From NCBI GenBank assembly GCA_963705105.1, contig CAVPIW010000009.1, positions 128,001 through 192,000 of the forward strand: a stretch of 64,000 nt of DNA, written 5' to 3'. The translations under genes were made by a program, and so were the position numbers. Below the pieces are notes generated by a model. It had not been told where the DNA came from, made no database searches, and saw only the letters and a program-made list of their open reading frames with translations. Origin of the DNA: an uncultured Nitrospiraceae bacterium (lineage in GTDB: Bacteria; Nitrospirota; Thermodesulfovibrionia; Thermodesulfovibrionales; Dissulfurispiraceae). The first letter of the stretch is position 1; every line of letters starts with the position of its first letter. This document shows, one piece after another, positions 29,627-39,757 of this stretch.

Positions 29627-29747
29627 CTTTCTTGATGGAACCTTCACCCACACTTAAAAAAATATTCGGTACCATAAAAGCATGAACGAGGAACACGTGA
29701 AAAGAGGAGGTGATTCCGATGTAGAACGATTTCTTCGAACCATATTT

Positions 29748-29880
29748 GATGGATTCGTAATAAGCCGTCATACCCGCGAACGCGGGTATCCAGATTTCGA
29801 TAATCTGACTGAATATACTGGATTCCCGTCTGCACGGGAATGACAGACGAGCGCTGTGTCAGGCTTTTTACGAGGGCGTC
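29748..29880. mobile_element. 133-bp non-autonomous element with TIRs, internal REP-like palindrome and 6-bp flanking duplication
   Basis: gatggattcgtaataagcc / ggctttttacgagggcgtc; ATATTT on both sides. Confidence 0.65.
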
Positions 29881-29928
29881 ATATTTCATGTCTGCAAAAA
29901 TACAGGCTTCGAAAAAAAGGAGGTTTCA

Positions 29929-30396
29929 ATGAAAACGGAGATATTGGAAGAATCGGTCCTGGACATCAGGATGACGTTCGGAAAGGCCCTGGTCGCTGCA
30001 TTGTGTGTTCTCATGGTTGCCTGCCTGGTCTTCATACAGACGGCCTCTGCACAGGACAGGGGAAGGCCGGGCAAGGCCCCGTCCCCGGAGCGCGTCATGG
30101 CCAAACTGACGGAGCGCCTCAACCTGACTGAGGCGCAGCAGGCACAGATGCAGCCGGTCATACAGGATGACATGAACAGGCACCGCGAGGTCATGACAAA
30201 GGCAAGGGAACAGGAGATCAGGGACCGCGAGGCCGTAAGAGAGCAATTTGAGGCGATTGACAAGGAAACGGATGCAAAGCTGGCGACGATCCTTTCAGCC
30301 GAACAGATGAAGGAGTTCCAGAAGATAAGGGAAGAGCGCCGCGCGAGGATGCATGACAAGCGTCACCGCGGCGGACCGCCCCCCATCGGCGGGTAA
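29929..30396 (+). CDS. Spy/CpxP-like periplasmic protein
   Basis: Signal peptide, LNLTEAQ and ILSAEQ (LTxxQ) motifs; divergent from cpxR. Confidence 0.82.
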   Translation: MKTEILEESVLDIRMTFGKALVAALCVLMVACLVFIQTASAQDRGRPGKAPSPERVMAKLTERLNLTEAQQAQMQPVIQDDMNRHREVMTKAREQEIRDREAVREQFEAIDKETDAKLATILSAEQMKEFQKIREERRARMHDKRHRGGPPPIGG

Positions 30397-30504
30397 TGCA
30401 GCCGAACAAGGATGGGCCGGGCTCGACACATGACAGCCCGGCCCTCCCTGCTCAGACATTCAGGATTGACCTATTTGCTCCGGCAATTAAATACCTGAAA
30501 CACT

Positions 30505-30577
30505 GTCATTGCCGCAAGCGCAGCGCGTCGGCAATCCTTCTGAAAACGAAAAAGGATTCCGGACAAGCCGGAATGAC
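30505..30577. repeat. REP-like double-hairpin palindrome
   Basis: gtcattgccg...cggcaatcc...ggattccggacaagccggaatgac. Confidence 0.65.
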
Positions 30578-30684
30578 AGACCGCAACACTCTTTAAGTGT
30601 CAAATTGCCAGGTCATAAAATTGGAAATAACATGAGAGGCATTCTGCAATGATTAATGAATACAGGGTAAGGAAGGAAGCATTG

Positions 30685-32136
30685 ATGTCCCGGTTCAGGC
30701 GGATGGCATGCATTGCTCTGACTCTTGCTGCGTTGTCCCTGGCGGGGTGCGCTACTGTCGGACCCGATTATGTCCGGCCCTCCCTGCCGGTACCAGACAC
30801 GTGGAATACAGGATCCGCGAGCGTCTCCCCCTCCGCCAGCGCCGATACGAAGATACTGTCCCAATGGTGGTCGACGCTCGGAGATCCCCTGCTGACAAGT
30901 CTCATCGAACGGGCTGTTCAGAGGAACCCGGACTTGCGTGAGGCCTCGGCCCGTGTCCGCGAGGCCCGGGCACGCCGGGGCATCAGTGAAGCGGCGCTGT
31001 TTCCGGTCGTCGATATGTCGGGAAACGTCGTGAAAAGCAGCGGCAGCGAAGAAACCGGGGGTGGCGCCGAAAGGGACCTGTACTCGGCAGGTTTCGACGC
31101 CCGGTGGGAGATAGATCTTTTCGGCGGGAGACGCCGTGACGTGGAGGCGTCGCAGGCCGATCTGGAGGCAAGCACGGAGGACCTGCGTGACGTGCTCGTG
31201 ACGCTGATCGGTGAGGTGGCCCTGAACTATGTCGATGTCCGCTCCTTTCAGGCCCGTCTTGCCATCGCCGTAGCGAACCGGACCGCTCAATCTGACGCCT
31301 ACGACATCACCCGCTGGCGCTTCGAAGCCGGGTTGACAAGCCGTCTCGATGTGGACCAGGCAAGATACAATCTCGAAAACACGCAGGCGCAGATCCCCCC
31401 GCTCAGGAGCGGGCTTGAAAGGGCCACGAACCGTCTTGACGTGCTGCTGGGGCTCCATCCCGGCTCCCTGAAGGAGGAGCTGTCCGGGCAAGAACCCATT
31501 CCGGTCCCGCCGCAGGAGATGCTTGTCGGAGTCCCCGCCGACATCCTGCGGAACAGGCCCGATGTGAGGCGGGCCGAACGCCGTTTGGCGGCTCAGACCG
31601 CCCGGATCGGCGTTGCCACGGCTGAACTGTATCCCAAACTCACCCTGACCGGATCCATCGGTCTTGAAGCGCTCTCATTCGGAAAACTCTTCTCCTCCGG
31701 CAGCCGCACCTACGGGTTCGGCCCCGCTTTTACATGGAACATCTTCGATGCCGGCAGCATCCGGAAGAATATAGAGGCGCAGAATGCGCTTCAGGAGCAG
31801 GCGCTCATACAGTATGAATCGGCGATCCTCGGGGCACTCGAGGAGGTCAACAACGGGCTTGTCACATATGCCCAGGAGCAGCTCAGGCTCCAGTCACTCA
31901 CCGAGGCTTCACGGGCGGCGGCGAGTGCCGTTGAAATAGCTCAACTTCAATATGCGTCGGGGGTGATCGATTTCCAGGTCGTCCTCGATGCCCAGAGGTC
32001 CCTCCTGTCATTCCAGGACCAGCGCGCCGTGAGCGAGGCAGCGGTCACGGCCGATCTCATAAGCCTGTACAAGGCCCTTGGAGGAGGCTGGACATCCCTT
32101 GCCCCGGAGGCAACTGAAGCCGGGGCAACACAATGA
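30685..32136 (+). CDS. NodT-family efflux outer membrane lipoprotein
   Basis: LAGC..VGPDY.RP, WEIDLFG, RPDVRRAE, LYKALGGGW. Confidence 0.93.
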   Translation: MSRFRRMACIALTLAALSLAGCATVGPDYVRPSLPVPDTWNTGSASVSPSASADTKILSQWWSTLGDPLLTSLIERAVQRNPDLREASARVREARARRGISEAALFPVVDMSGNVVKSSGSEETGGGAERDLYSAGFDARWEIDLFGGRRRDVEASQADLEASTEDLRDVLVTLIGEVALNYVDVRSFQARLAIAVANRTAQSDAYDITRWRFEAGLTSRLDVDQARYNLENTQAQIPPLRSGLERATNRLDVLLGLHPGSLKEELSGQEPIPVPPQEMLVGVPADILRNRPDVRRAERRLAAQTARIGVATAELYPKLTLTGSIGLEALSFGKLFSSGSRTYGFGPAFTWNIFDAGSIRKNIEAQNALQEQALIQYESAILGALEEVNNGLVTYAQEQLRLQSLTEASRAAASAVEIAQLQYASGVIDFQVVLDAQRSLLSFQDQRAVSEAAVTADLISLYKALGGGWTSLAPEATEAGATQ

Positions 32137-33446
32137 GGAGTCACTTCATGAAAAACACGGAAACGGAACAGTCGGCGGATGTCGCCACACAACTAAAACT
32201 TCAGGGGTCCCCGATGCAGCGCCGGAAACTGAAGGGTCCGTTGATCTGGATCGCCATTATTGCACTCGTGATCGCCGTCGCAGGCATCGCGCTGATCATG
32301 AGGAACGGGAACGATAAGGTGCAGTACAAATCGCAGGCGGCGGAGCGAGGAAATCTCGTCGTGACCGTATCTGCAACGGGCACATTGAAACCCACCAACC
32401 AGGTGGACGTGGGCAGCGAACTGTCGGGTATCGTGAAAACCGTCGAAGTCCGCGATAATGACCAGGTGAAAGTCGGCCAGGTGCTGGCGCGGCTCGACAC
32501 GTCAAAGCTCGAGTCGCAGGTGCTGCAGACGAGATCCGCCCTGGAATCGGCACAGGCGAAGGTGCTTCAGACGAAGGCGAGCGTGCAGGAGACGGAGGAA
32601 AAGCTGGCCCGTTTTGCCAGGGTTCGCGAGTTAAGCGGCGGCAGGGTGCCTTCCCAACTGGAGATGGACGCGGCGAAGGCCGCCCTCGAACGGGCCCGGG
32701 CCGACGAGGCCGCCGCCAAAGCGGCCGTCTCTCAGGCCCAGGCCACCCTGGACGTCAACCTGACGGACCTTTCGAAGGCGGTGATCCGCTCCCCGATCAA
32801 CGGAGTGGTGCTCAAACGGTCCGTTGAGCCGGGGCAGACCGTGGCCGCCTCTTTTCAGGCGCCCGTTCTCTTCACACTGGCGGAAGACCTTGCCGAGATG
32901 GAGCTTCACGTAAATGTCGACGAGGCCGACGTGGGAAAGGTGCAGAGCAGACAGGAGGCGACGTTTACCGTTGACGCCTATCAGGACAGGAGCTACCCCG
33001 CCCGCATATCGACGGTACGCTTCGGCTCACAAACGGTCGAGGGCGTCGTGACCTATGAAACCGTTCTGAAGGTGGACAACACGGACCGGTCGCTCCGGCC
33101 GGGGATGACGGCCAACGCCGTCATCACGGTCAACAAAATCGAACAGGCCCTTCTCATTCCGAACGCTGCGCTGCGATTCTCACCGCCGGCGCAGCAACAG
33201 GGCGGGTCTTCCGGCAGAGGAAATCTGGTCTCCAGACTCTTCCCGCGGCCGCCTGCCGGTCCGTCGAAACAGAAAACGGATGAAAATGTGAACAAGGCGC
33301 AGAAACGGGTCTGGATCTTGCGGAACGGACAGTTAGAGCCGGTCACCGTGACAACGGGGGCAACCGACGGTATCATGACCGAAGTGACGGAAGGTCCCAT
33401 CGAACCCGGCACAGCCCTGGTGATCGACACAGTCACCGGGAAGTAA
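32133..33446 (+). CDS. Efflux periplasmic adaptor (MacA-like)
   Basis: VGSELSG, IRSPINGVV, GQTVAASFQAPVLF, VDEADVG, LRPGMTA. Confidence 0.93.
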   Translation: MRSHFMKNTETEQSADVATQLKLQGSPMQRRKLKGPLIWIAIIALVIAVAGIALIMRNGNDKVQYKSQAAERGNLVVTVSATGTLKPTNQVDVGSELSGIVKTVEVRDNDQVKVGQVLARLDTSKLESQVLQTRSALESAQAKVLQTKASVQETEEKLARFARVRELSGGRVPSQLEMDAAKAALERARADEAAAKAAVSQAQATLDVNLTDLSKAVIRSPINGVVLKRSVEPGQTVAASFQAPVLFTLAEDLAEMELHVNVDEADVGKVQSRQEATFTVDAYQDRSYPARISTVRFGSQTVEGVVTYETVLKVDNTDRSLRPGMTANAVITVNKIEQALLIPNAALRFSPPAQQQGGSSGRGNLVSRLFPRPPAGPSKQKTDENVNKAQKRVWILRNGQLEPVTVTTGATDGIMTEVTEGPIEPGTALVIDTVTGK

Positions 33447-33451
33447 GGACG

Positions 33452-34177
33452 ATGACATCCACTGACGGAAAAGGGATTCATCCCCTCATAGAGATGAAGG
33501 GGGTGACAAAGGTCTACGGGACGGGTACGGCCGCCATGATGGCGCTGCGTGGCGTCGATCTGTGCATCGAGGAAGGAGAGTTCGTCGCAGTGATGGGGTC
33601 CAGCGGCTCCGGCAAGAGCACATGCATGAACATTCTGGGTTGCCTGGACACCCCCACGGCGGGAACGTATACCTTCAAAGGTGTTGATGTCGGGGGTCTT
33701 TCGCGCGATCAAAGGGCTCTGTTACGCCGCCATTATCTCGGCTTTGTGTTTCAGGGATTCAATCTCCTGAACCGTACTTCGGCGCTGGAGAACGTGGAGC
33801 TGCCCCTGATCTACCGCAACTTTCCTGCGGCGGAGAGACGTGAGCGGGCACGACAGGCCCTGGAAGCGGTGGGCTTGAAAGGCTGGGAGACCCATAGTCC
33901 CGGCGAACTTTCCGGTGGACAACAGCAGAGGGTCGCCATCGCCCGTGCCATCGTCACGCGGCCGGCCGTGCTGCTGGCCGATGAACCCACGGGGAACCTG
34001 GACACGGCCCGCAGCAGGGAAATCATGGACCTGCTCACCTCCTTCAACAGTGATCAGGGGATCACCATCGTCATGGTCACCCATGAGCATGATATGGCCG
34101 CTTATGCGCGGCGCATCGTCCGCTTCGTCGACGGCATGGTGGAAGGGACCGGAAACGACCGGGAGGCTGCCGCATGA
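33452..34177 (+). CDS. ABC transporter ATP-binding protein (MacB-like)
   Basis: [36 protein letters not shown]. Confidence 0.95.
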   Translation: MTSTDGKGIHPLIEMKGVTKVYGTGTAAMMALRGVDLCIEEGEFVAVMGSSGSGKSTCMNILGCLDTPTAGTYTFKGVDVGGLSRDQRALLRRHYLGFVFQGFNLLNRTSALENVELPLIYRNFPAAERRERARQALEAVGLKGWETHSPGELSGGQQQRVAIARAIVTRPAVLLADEPTGNLDTARSREIMDLLTSFNSDQGITIVMVTHEHDMAAYARRIVRFVDGMVEGTGNDREAAA

Positions 34178-35379
34178 TCGGCAATGCCCTGCAACTGGCC
34201 CTGAGGGAAATACGCCGCAATGCCATGCGTTCTTTTCTGACGATCCTCGGCATCGTCATTGGCGTCGCCTCTGTCATCGTCATGGTGACCATCGGCAGCG
34301 GGGCGACGGTCCAGGTGGCGCAACAGATCTCGAGCATGGGAAGCAACCTGCTGATCATCCGGGTGGGACAGAGCATGGGGCCGGGACAGACAGCCGGCGC
34401 CACACCTTTCAAGGAAGGCGATGCCGAGGCGATCAAACGGGAAATCGCCTCGATAAAAGCTGTCGCGCCCTCCTCGTCCCGTTCCCTGATGGCCATATTC
34501 GGGAATGAAAACTGGTCAACGAATGTAACGGGCACCGACAACGAGTTTCTCAGGGCCAGGAACTGGTCGATCAAGGCGGGCCGCGAGTTCACGGGCGGCG
34601 AACTCCGTTCCGGCGCGGCTGTCTGCATCATAGGAGCGACGGTGCGCGAGAAGCTCTTCGGCGGTCAGGATCCCCTGGGCAGGGAGCTCCGCCTGAAAAA
34701 TCTCTCCTGCGAGGTGACAGGACTGCTCGAAGCCAAAGGCCAATCGGCAATGGGGACGGATCAGGACGATATCGTGCTGATCCCGCTGCGCGCTTTTCAG
34801 CGCCGCATTTCAGGCAATCAGGATGTCGGCATCATCCAGGTGTCGGTCATGGACGGTGCGTCAACGGAGAAGGTCCAGAGGGATCTCGAGAGGCTCCTGC
34901 GCGAGCGGCGCCACATCTCTCCCTCGGAGGAGGACGATTTCAATGTGAGGGACATGAAAGAGATCGCAAAAACGCTCACCGGGACAACGCAGGTGCTTAC
35001 CGCCCTGCTCGGCGCCGTCGCCGCCGTCAGCCTCCTCGTCGGGGGCATCGGCATCATGAACATCATGCTCGTGTCCGTCACGGAACGCACCCGGGAGATC
35101 GGCATCAGACTGGCCATCGGCGCATTGGAGCGCGAGGTGCTGATGCAGTTCCTCGTCGAGGCCGTGGCGCTCTCCTCCTTCGGTGGCATCGTCGGCATCG
35201 TGCTGGCCCTTGCCGCATCGGTCGTGCTCACCGGCATGCTGCAGGTCCCGTTTATCTTCAACGCCGGCATCGTCGTCGTCGCATTCCTGTTCTCAGCCGC
35301 CGTGGGCGTCGTGTTCGGCTTTTTCCCGGCCCGCAAAGCGGCGAGACTCAACCCCATCGACGCGCTAAGGCACGAATAA
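34174..35379 (+). CDS. ABC transporter permease (MacB/FtsX-like)
   Basis: [54 protein letters not shown]. Confidence 0.95.
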   Translation: MIGNALQLALREIRRNAMRSFLTILGIVIGVASVIVMVTIGSGATVQVAQQISSMGSNLLIIRVGQSMGPGQTAGATPFKEGDAEAIKREIASIKAVAPSSSRSLMAIFGNENWSTNVTGTDNEFLRARNWSIKAGREFTGGELRSGAAVCIIGATVREKLFGGQDPLGRELRLKNLSCEVTGLLEAKGQSAMGTDQDDIVLIPLRAFQRRISGNQDVGIIQVSVMDGASTEKVQRDLERLLRERRHISPSEEDDFNVRDMKEIAKTLTGTTQVLTALLGAVAAVSLLVGGIGIMNIMLVSVTERTREIGIRLAIGALEREVLMQFLVEAVALSSFGGIVGIVLALAASVVLTGMLQVPFIFNAGIVVVAFLFSAAVGVVFGFFPARKAARLNPIDALRHE

Positions 35380-35504
35380 AAAAGGGGGCACACCGATGTG
35401 TCCCTGTTTCTAACTGTAAGGTGTACCTAATGACAAGCATATGGATAGACTTGACCCTGACCCCTTGTCGAGGTTAACAGGATACACAATTTATACGTTG
35501 AATG

Positions 35505-35527
35505 ATGATAGCAGATAATGCTATCAT
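35505..35527. promoter_or_regulatory. Probable hicAB operator
   Basis: Perfect inverted repeat ATGATAGCA-N5-TGCTATCAT just upstream of hicA. Confidence 0.65.
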
Positions 35528-35529
35528 GA

Positions 35530-35787
35530 TTGATGAAGGCAAAACATCGGCACGTGCTCGAAGCCATCTTCTCGACTCCCACCCGAAGCGGAATTGTGTT
35601 CTCTGAAATAGAGGCGCTCATTGTCTCCCTGGGCGGCGAAGTGCGGGAAGGGGAAGGCTCACGGGTCGTCTTTGAGATAAAGGGCGGCCGGCAGTATATG
35701 CATCGCCCCCACCCGGGGAAGGAGGCGAAGAAATATCAGGTGGAAGAACTGCGAGCGTGGTTCGTTAAGCTGGAGGTCAAACCATGA
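35530..35787 (+). CDS. hicA: HicA-family toxin
   Basis: EGEGSRV, HRPHPGKEAKKYQV; ATGA-coupled to hicB. Confidence 0.9.
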   Translation: MMKAKHRHVLEAIFSTPTRSGIVFSEIEALIVSLGGEVREGEGSRVVFEIKGGRQYMHRPHPGKEAKKYQVEELRAWFVKLEVKP

Positions 35788-36125
35788 TGAACGTCATGAC
35801 ATACAAGGGATACAAAGCCCGTGTTGAATTCGATCCGCGGAACAGTATTTTCGTGGGGCGAGTTTTGGGAATGGAGGACAGCATCAGTTTCCATGGTGCG
35901 ACGGTCGCCGAGCTGAAAGAGCGTTTTGTTGCAGCGATAACCCACTATATAGCCGACTGCAAGGCAACGGGGCGCAAGCCTGAAAAACCGGCCTCGGGCA
36001 AGGTGCTGCTCCGCATCCCGCCCGAAGTCCACGCCAAGGCCCTCATTGTGGCCCGGGCATCAGGCAAGAGCTTGAACCAGTGGGCTTCCGAGGTCTTCGC
36101 AAAGGCTGCTCACTCTGCCAGATGA
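35784..36125 (+). CDS. hicB: HicB-family antitoxin
   Basis: [36 protein letters not shown]. Confidence 0.92.
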   Translation: MMNVMTYKGYKARVEFDPRNSIFVGRVLGMEDSISFHGATVAELKERFVAAITHYIADCKATGRKPEKPASGKVLLRIPPEVHAKALIVARASGKSLNQWASEVFAKAAHSAR

Positions 36126-36155
36126 GCTGAGATGTCCAATAGGGTCCTGGGCGCC

Positions 36156-36249
36156 CCTGTTCTCGGCCGCTGTGGGGGTCGTGTTCGGCTTCTTCCCGGC
36201 CCGCAAAGCGGCGAGACTCAATCCCATCGACGCACTGCGGCATGAATAG
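36156..36249 (+). repeat. Diverged duplicate of the permease 3' end (35286-35379)
   Basis: 94-bp direct repeat encoding the same LFSAAVG...ALRHE*; 10 differences, all synonymous. Confidence 0.9.
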
Positions 36250-36319
36250 ACACATCGCTTCGTCTAAAAAATGGGGACAGCGCCCAATAAAAAGAGGTCG
36301 AACCCCCAATTTAAATGGT

Positions 36320-36381
36320 CGCTGTCCCTAATTATTTCAGGTCTCTTACCCGCTGTCCCTAATTATTTCAGGTCTCTTACC
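36320..36381 (+). repeat. 31-bp tandem duplication
   Basis: cgctgtccctaattatttcaggtctcttacc x2, at the truncation point of the istA fragment. Confidence 0.9.
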
Positions 36382-36516
36382 CGAGGGCGGCCCCCCTCTC
36401 TCTATCGCCCGGCTGATCGTCTTGGGATGCACCCCAAGCTCCGCGGCGATGTCCTTGATATAGACGCCCTTGTCCCTTTGTGTGGTAATATCCATCCAGT
36501 CCTCCTTGTTGAGCAT
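36382..36516 (-). pseudogene. IS21-family transposase (IstA) N-terminal fragment
   Basis: MLNKEDWMDI...GVYIKDIAAELGVHPKTISRAIERGGPP HTH; RBS aggagg; truncated. Confidence 0.75.
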
Positions 36517-36599
36517 CCGGCACCTCCTTCGCAGAAGGTACCTTACCATGCCCGGCTTGGAGGACATCTTAGTCCGGCGTTTTGTGGACTATATCATTC

Positions 36600-36995
36600 G
36601 GCGCTGACACCGATTGGGTGTTGGGCCAGTTCGGCAAGAGGAGAAACAGGGCGCAGAGGGAGTATCAGCAGTTTGTTCATGCGGGAATCGGTCAAAAGAC
36701 CATCTGGAGCGATGTCCGTCGCCAGGCAATCCTGGGGGAAGATGGCTTCATTGACACAATGACGGAGTACCTCAACAGGCACAGGGACATCGCCGATATC
36801 CCCCGCAGTCAGCGATTTGCGAACCGGCCGTCTTTAGAGGCGATATTTGATGAGTCGACGATACCTGGCAGGCGGGAACGGGACTCTGCGATTGTTAAGG
36901 CTGTCGAGGAGTACGGATACCGCCAGCGTGAGGTGGCTGATCACCTGGGCATGTTCTTCACGTCGATAAGCCGTATCCTGAAGGCCAAAAAATGA
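36600..36995 (+). pseudogene. C-terminal fragment of a Y1/RAYT-like transposase (HTH tail)
   Basis: TDWVLGQFG...YQQFV..G, ILG...F, IPRSQR, YGYRQREVADHLG..TSISRI; catalytic HUH region absent. Confidence 0.65.
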
Positions 36996-37114
36996 AATGG
37001 GCAATCAAAGGGACGTTCCCGTCGCTGCTATAGAGCAATCGTCAAGATCGAGGATCTCCTTCTTTTCGTGTCTCTTCGGGCGCGGTATAATTCAAAAATG
37101 TTAAACTGCATATT

Positions 37115-38414
37115 ATGGGAACATCATTGAAAACTATCCATAAAATAGTTCACGGTGACAGCAGGCAGATGAACCTGCTGGCTGATAAATCGGTCCATCT
37201 GGTCATCACTTCACCCCCATACTGGCAACTAAAGGACTACGGCACAGAGGATCAGATCGGCTTTCACGAAAGCTATGAGAGCTATATCAATAATCTGAAT
37301 CTTGTATGGAAAGAATGCCATCGGGTATTGCATCCGGGGTGCCGGCTTTGCATCAACATCGGCGACCAGTTCGCCCGATCGGTCTATTATGGCCGATACA
37401 AGGTGATACCCATAAGAACCGAGATCATTAAATTCTGTGAAACCATAGGATTCGACTATATGGGCGCCGTCATCTGGCAGAAAGTTACCACGTGCAATAC
37501 GACCGGCGGCGCCACAATAATGGGAAGTTTCCCCTACCCCCGAAACGGCATTTTAAAGCTGGACTATGAATTCATTCTCCTTTTCAAGAAACAAGGGGTT
37601 CCGCCGGTCCCGACGAAGGAACAAAAAGAACATTCCGTAATAACGACAGAAGACTGGAACACGTATTTTGCAGGGCACTGGTACTTTGCCGGGACAAAGC
37701 AGGACGGTCACATTGCCATGTTTCCGGAAGAATTGCCTGCGCGTCTGATAAAGATGTTCTCCTTTTGGGGGGAGATCGATTTTGGACCCGTTTCTGGGCA
37801 GCGGCACGACGTCGCTTGCCGCCCGCAATTTAGGCCGCAACTCCGTCGGCTACGAAATCAACCCGGGATTCATTTCAATCATCAGAGAGAAGCTGAATGT
37901 CGATCAGCCGGACCTTGCAGGCACAGAATACGTGTTTCAAAATGACAGAGTAAAAACCGACCTGAATGAAGAAATTGAAAAGCTTCCCTTCATTTTCAGA
38001 GACCCTCATAAACTCGACAAGAAGATTGACCCGAAGAAGCTTCAGTTCGGGTCAAAGATTGATAGGGACAGCGGCGACAGGGAAGTCTATTATTCCGTCA
38101 AAGAAGTGATCAGTCCCGAGTTGCTGAAACTGAACAACGGCCTGGTTATTCGGCTTATCGGGGTAAAGGAAAAACAAACCGCAAACGGGCAGGCTATCGA
38201 TTTCCTGACTGAGAAAACAAAAGGGCAAAAGGTGTTCATGAAGTTTGATGATCAGAAATATGACGACAGAAACAACCTGCTCTGCTATCTTTACCTGAGC
38301 AATAAAACGTTTATCAATGCCCATTTGATCAGGGACGGCTTGGCGGATGTTGACGTCTCATCCGATTTTCGATACAAAGACAAGTTTCTGAAGCTCGGAG
38401 CACAGAATGGCTAA
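37115..38414 (+). pseudogene. N4/N6 DNA methyltransferase (beta class) with C-terminal SNase-like domain, +1 frameshift near 37767-37778
   Basis: TSPPY in the first frame; DPFLGSGTT and IRLIGV..KVFMKFD..LLCYLY..FINAHLI in the next frame. Confidence 0.85.
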
Positions 38415-38526
38415 AGAGTGGATTCTGAATAGCGCGATGAACCGTTTCCAATTGAATTTCAAACGGAACGTCGGCCCGACATCCGAAAGCATACGGCAAT
38501 GCTCACCGCAATGTTGCTTCTCATAG
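38407..38526 (+). pseudogene. Truncated restriction endonuclease (MjaI-like, from recall)
   Basis: MAKEWILNSAMNRFQLNFKRNVGPTSESIRQCSP overlaps the MTase stop and ends after 39 codons next to the relE-like gene. Confidence 0.6.
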
Positions 38527-38535
38527 CTACACAAA

Positions 38536-38862
38536 TCAAGCGTTCAGTAATCGCCGCTGAAGGAGCGACTGCATGTCACGACGGCCGTCGACAATCAGCA
38601 GGACAAAGACATTCTTATCAATAACGCGGTAAATAATGCGGTAGGGTTTGAAAAAAATCTCCCGGTATTCGCGAATCCCTAGCGCGAGAAGTTCCTTGGG
38701 GTAAACACCCCCGTCCGGGAATTCGGACAACCGGGAAAGAGCTTTTTCGATTTGTGTTAAGACGTAGTCGGCCTTTCGGGGCGTATCATGCAGAGCGATG
38801 TAACCATAGAGTTCCTCAAGATCACGTGCTGCATCGCCGGTCAGCAAAACAATGAAGGGCAT
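38536..38862 (-). CDS. RelE/ParE-family toxin
   Basis: A.RDLEEL..YIA, LSEFP..G, YREIFFKPYRIIYRV, DGRRD; TGATG-coupled. Confidence 0.9.
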   Translation of the reverse strand: MPFIVLLTGDAARDLEELYGYIALHDTPRKADYVLTQIEKALSRLSEFPDGGVYPKELLALGIREYREIFFKPYRIIYRVIDKNVFVLLIVDGRRDMQSLLQRRLLNA

Positions 38863-39137
38863 CAGCGCATCTCCCACCGCTCCCGAAGACGCTTTATCAC
38901 ATCCTCAGCCGGCGAAACGCTGCCTTCTTCAACCTGCCGCATCCCGAGTGCCAGGATTTTCAGGAGGGCCATTGTCTGCTGGGTTTGCTCGTAGCTGTCG
39001 ATGTCTTGTATGACCACCTTGGCTTCGCCGTTCTGGGTAATGATCATCGGCTCCTGTTGTCCGGCAAGGCTCCGTACGATTTCTGCGGCGTGGGCCTTCA
39101 GGTAGCTGATGGGCCTGATCTGGCGTGACAGTTTCAT
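38862..39137 (-). CDS. Phd/YefM-family antitoxin
   Basis: IRPISYLKAHAAEIV, PMIITQNGEAKVV. Confidence 0.9.
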   Translation of the reverse strand: MKLSRQIRPISYLKAHAAEIVRSLAGQQEPMIITQNGEAKVVIQDIDSYEQTQQTMALLKILALGMRQVEEGSVSPAEDVIKRLRERWEMR

Positions 39138-39445
39138 GAGAGCGCCTCCATTTCCGAAGTATGACATAATTTAGTCCATAAACAGGTCGTCTGTCAAGGA
39201 CAGCTTTGCATTCTGCAAGAACCTGCTCCTTCGGCTGTTTTCCCAACGGGATGATGTTCGGACTTCTTGAAAAGGGGGCGCGGGAGCCGGGCAGGCGGGC
39301 CTACACGTCGATCAAGACCCATCCGCAGAAAACAAAGGTGCGTCTTTCGGGCCGTGTTGTCATGAAGCGGAAGGAAGGCTTCGCCGAGTGGCAACTGCTT
39401 GAGGACAACGGGAATTGGAATAGGAAAAATACAACCCATCCCATC

Positions 39446-39757
39446 TCAAATGTCGAGGGCAAAGCGGATTGCGCGGCCGACGTCGGCCATTTTTGCACGC
39501 GGCAGGGAAGCGATCAACGCACCTATTTTCGTCTTCGAAACCGTCTGCAGGTGATCACAATTGACAGCACAATCCTGGGGCATGCCCTCGGCTTTCGAGA
39601 GAAAGACTTCAGACGGTATATTGCGGACCGTCGTTGTGACGGGAGCCACGGTCACCTCACCGAGGTATTCCAACACGGAATCCCGCGTCAGTATGAGAAC
39701 AGGACGTTTCTTATCGGGCGCCCGGAATTTGTACCAGCGTATTTCGCCGTGTTTCAT
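39446..39757 (-). CDS. PemK/MazF-family toxin
   Basis: GEIRW, KKRPVLIL, VTVAPVTT, AVNCDHLQTV. Confidence 0.9.
   Translation of the reverse strand: MKHGEIRWYKFRAPDKKRPVLILTRDSVLEYLGEVTVAPVTTTVRNIPSEVFLSKAEGMPQDCAVNCDHLQTVSKTKIGALIASLPRAKMADVGRAIRFALDI

Noticed and set aside
35286..36249. Diversity-generating retroelement TR/VR pair
   Set aside because: Differences are not adenine-specific, are all synonymous, and no reverse transcriptase is present
36320..36381. CRISPR array
   Set aside because: Two abutting 31-bp units, no spacer, no cas genes
39190..39440. Gene fragment between the two TA pairs
   Set aside because: Short open stretches with no identifiable family motif or RBS
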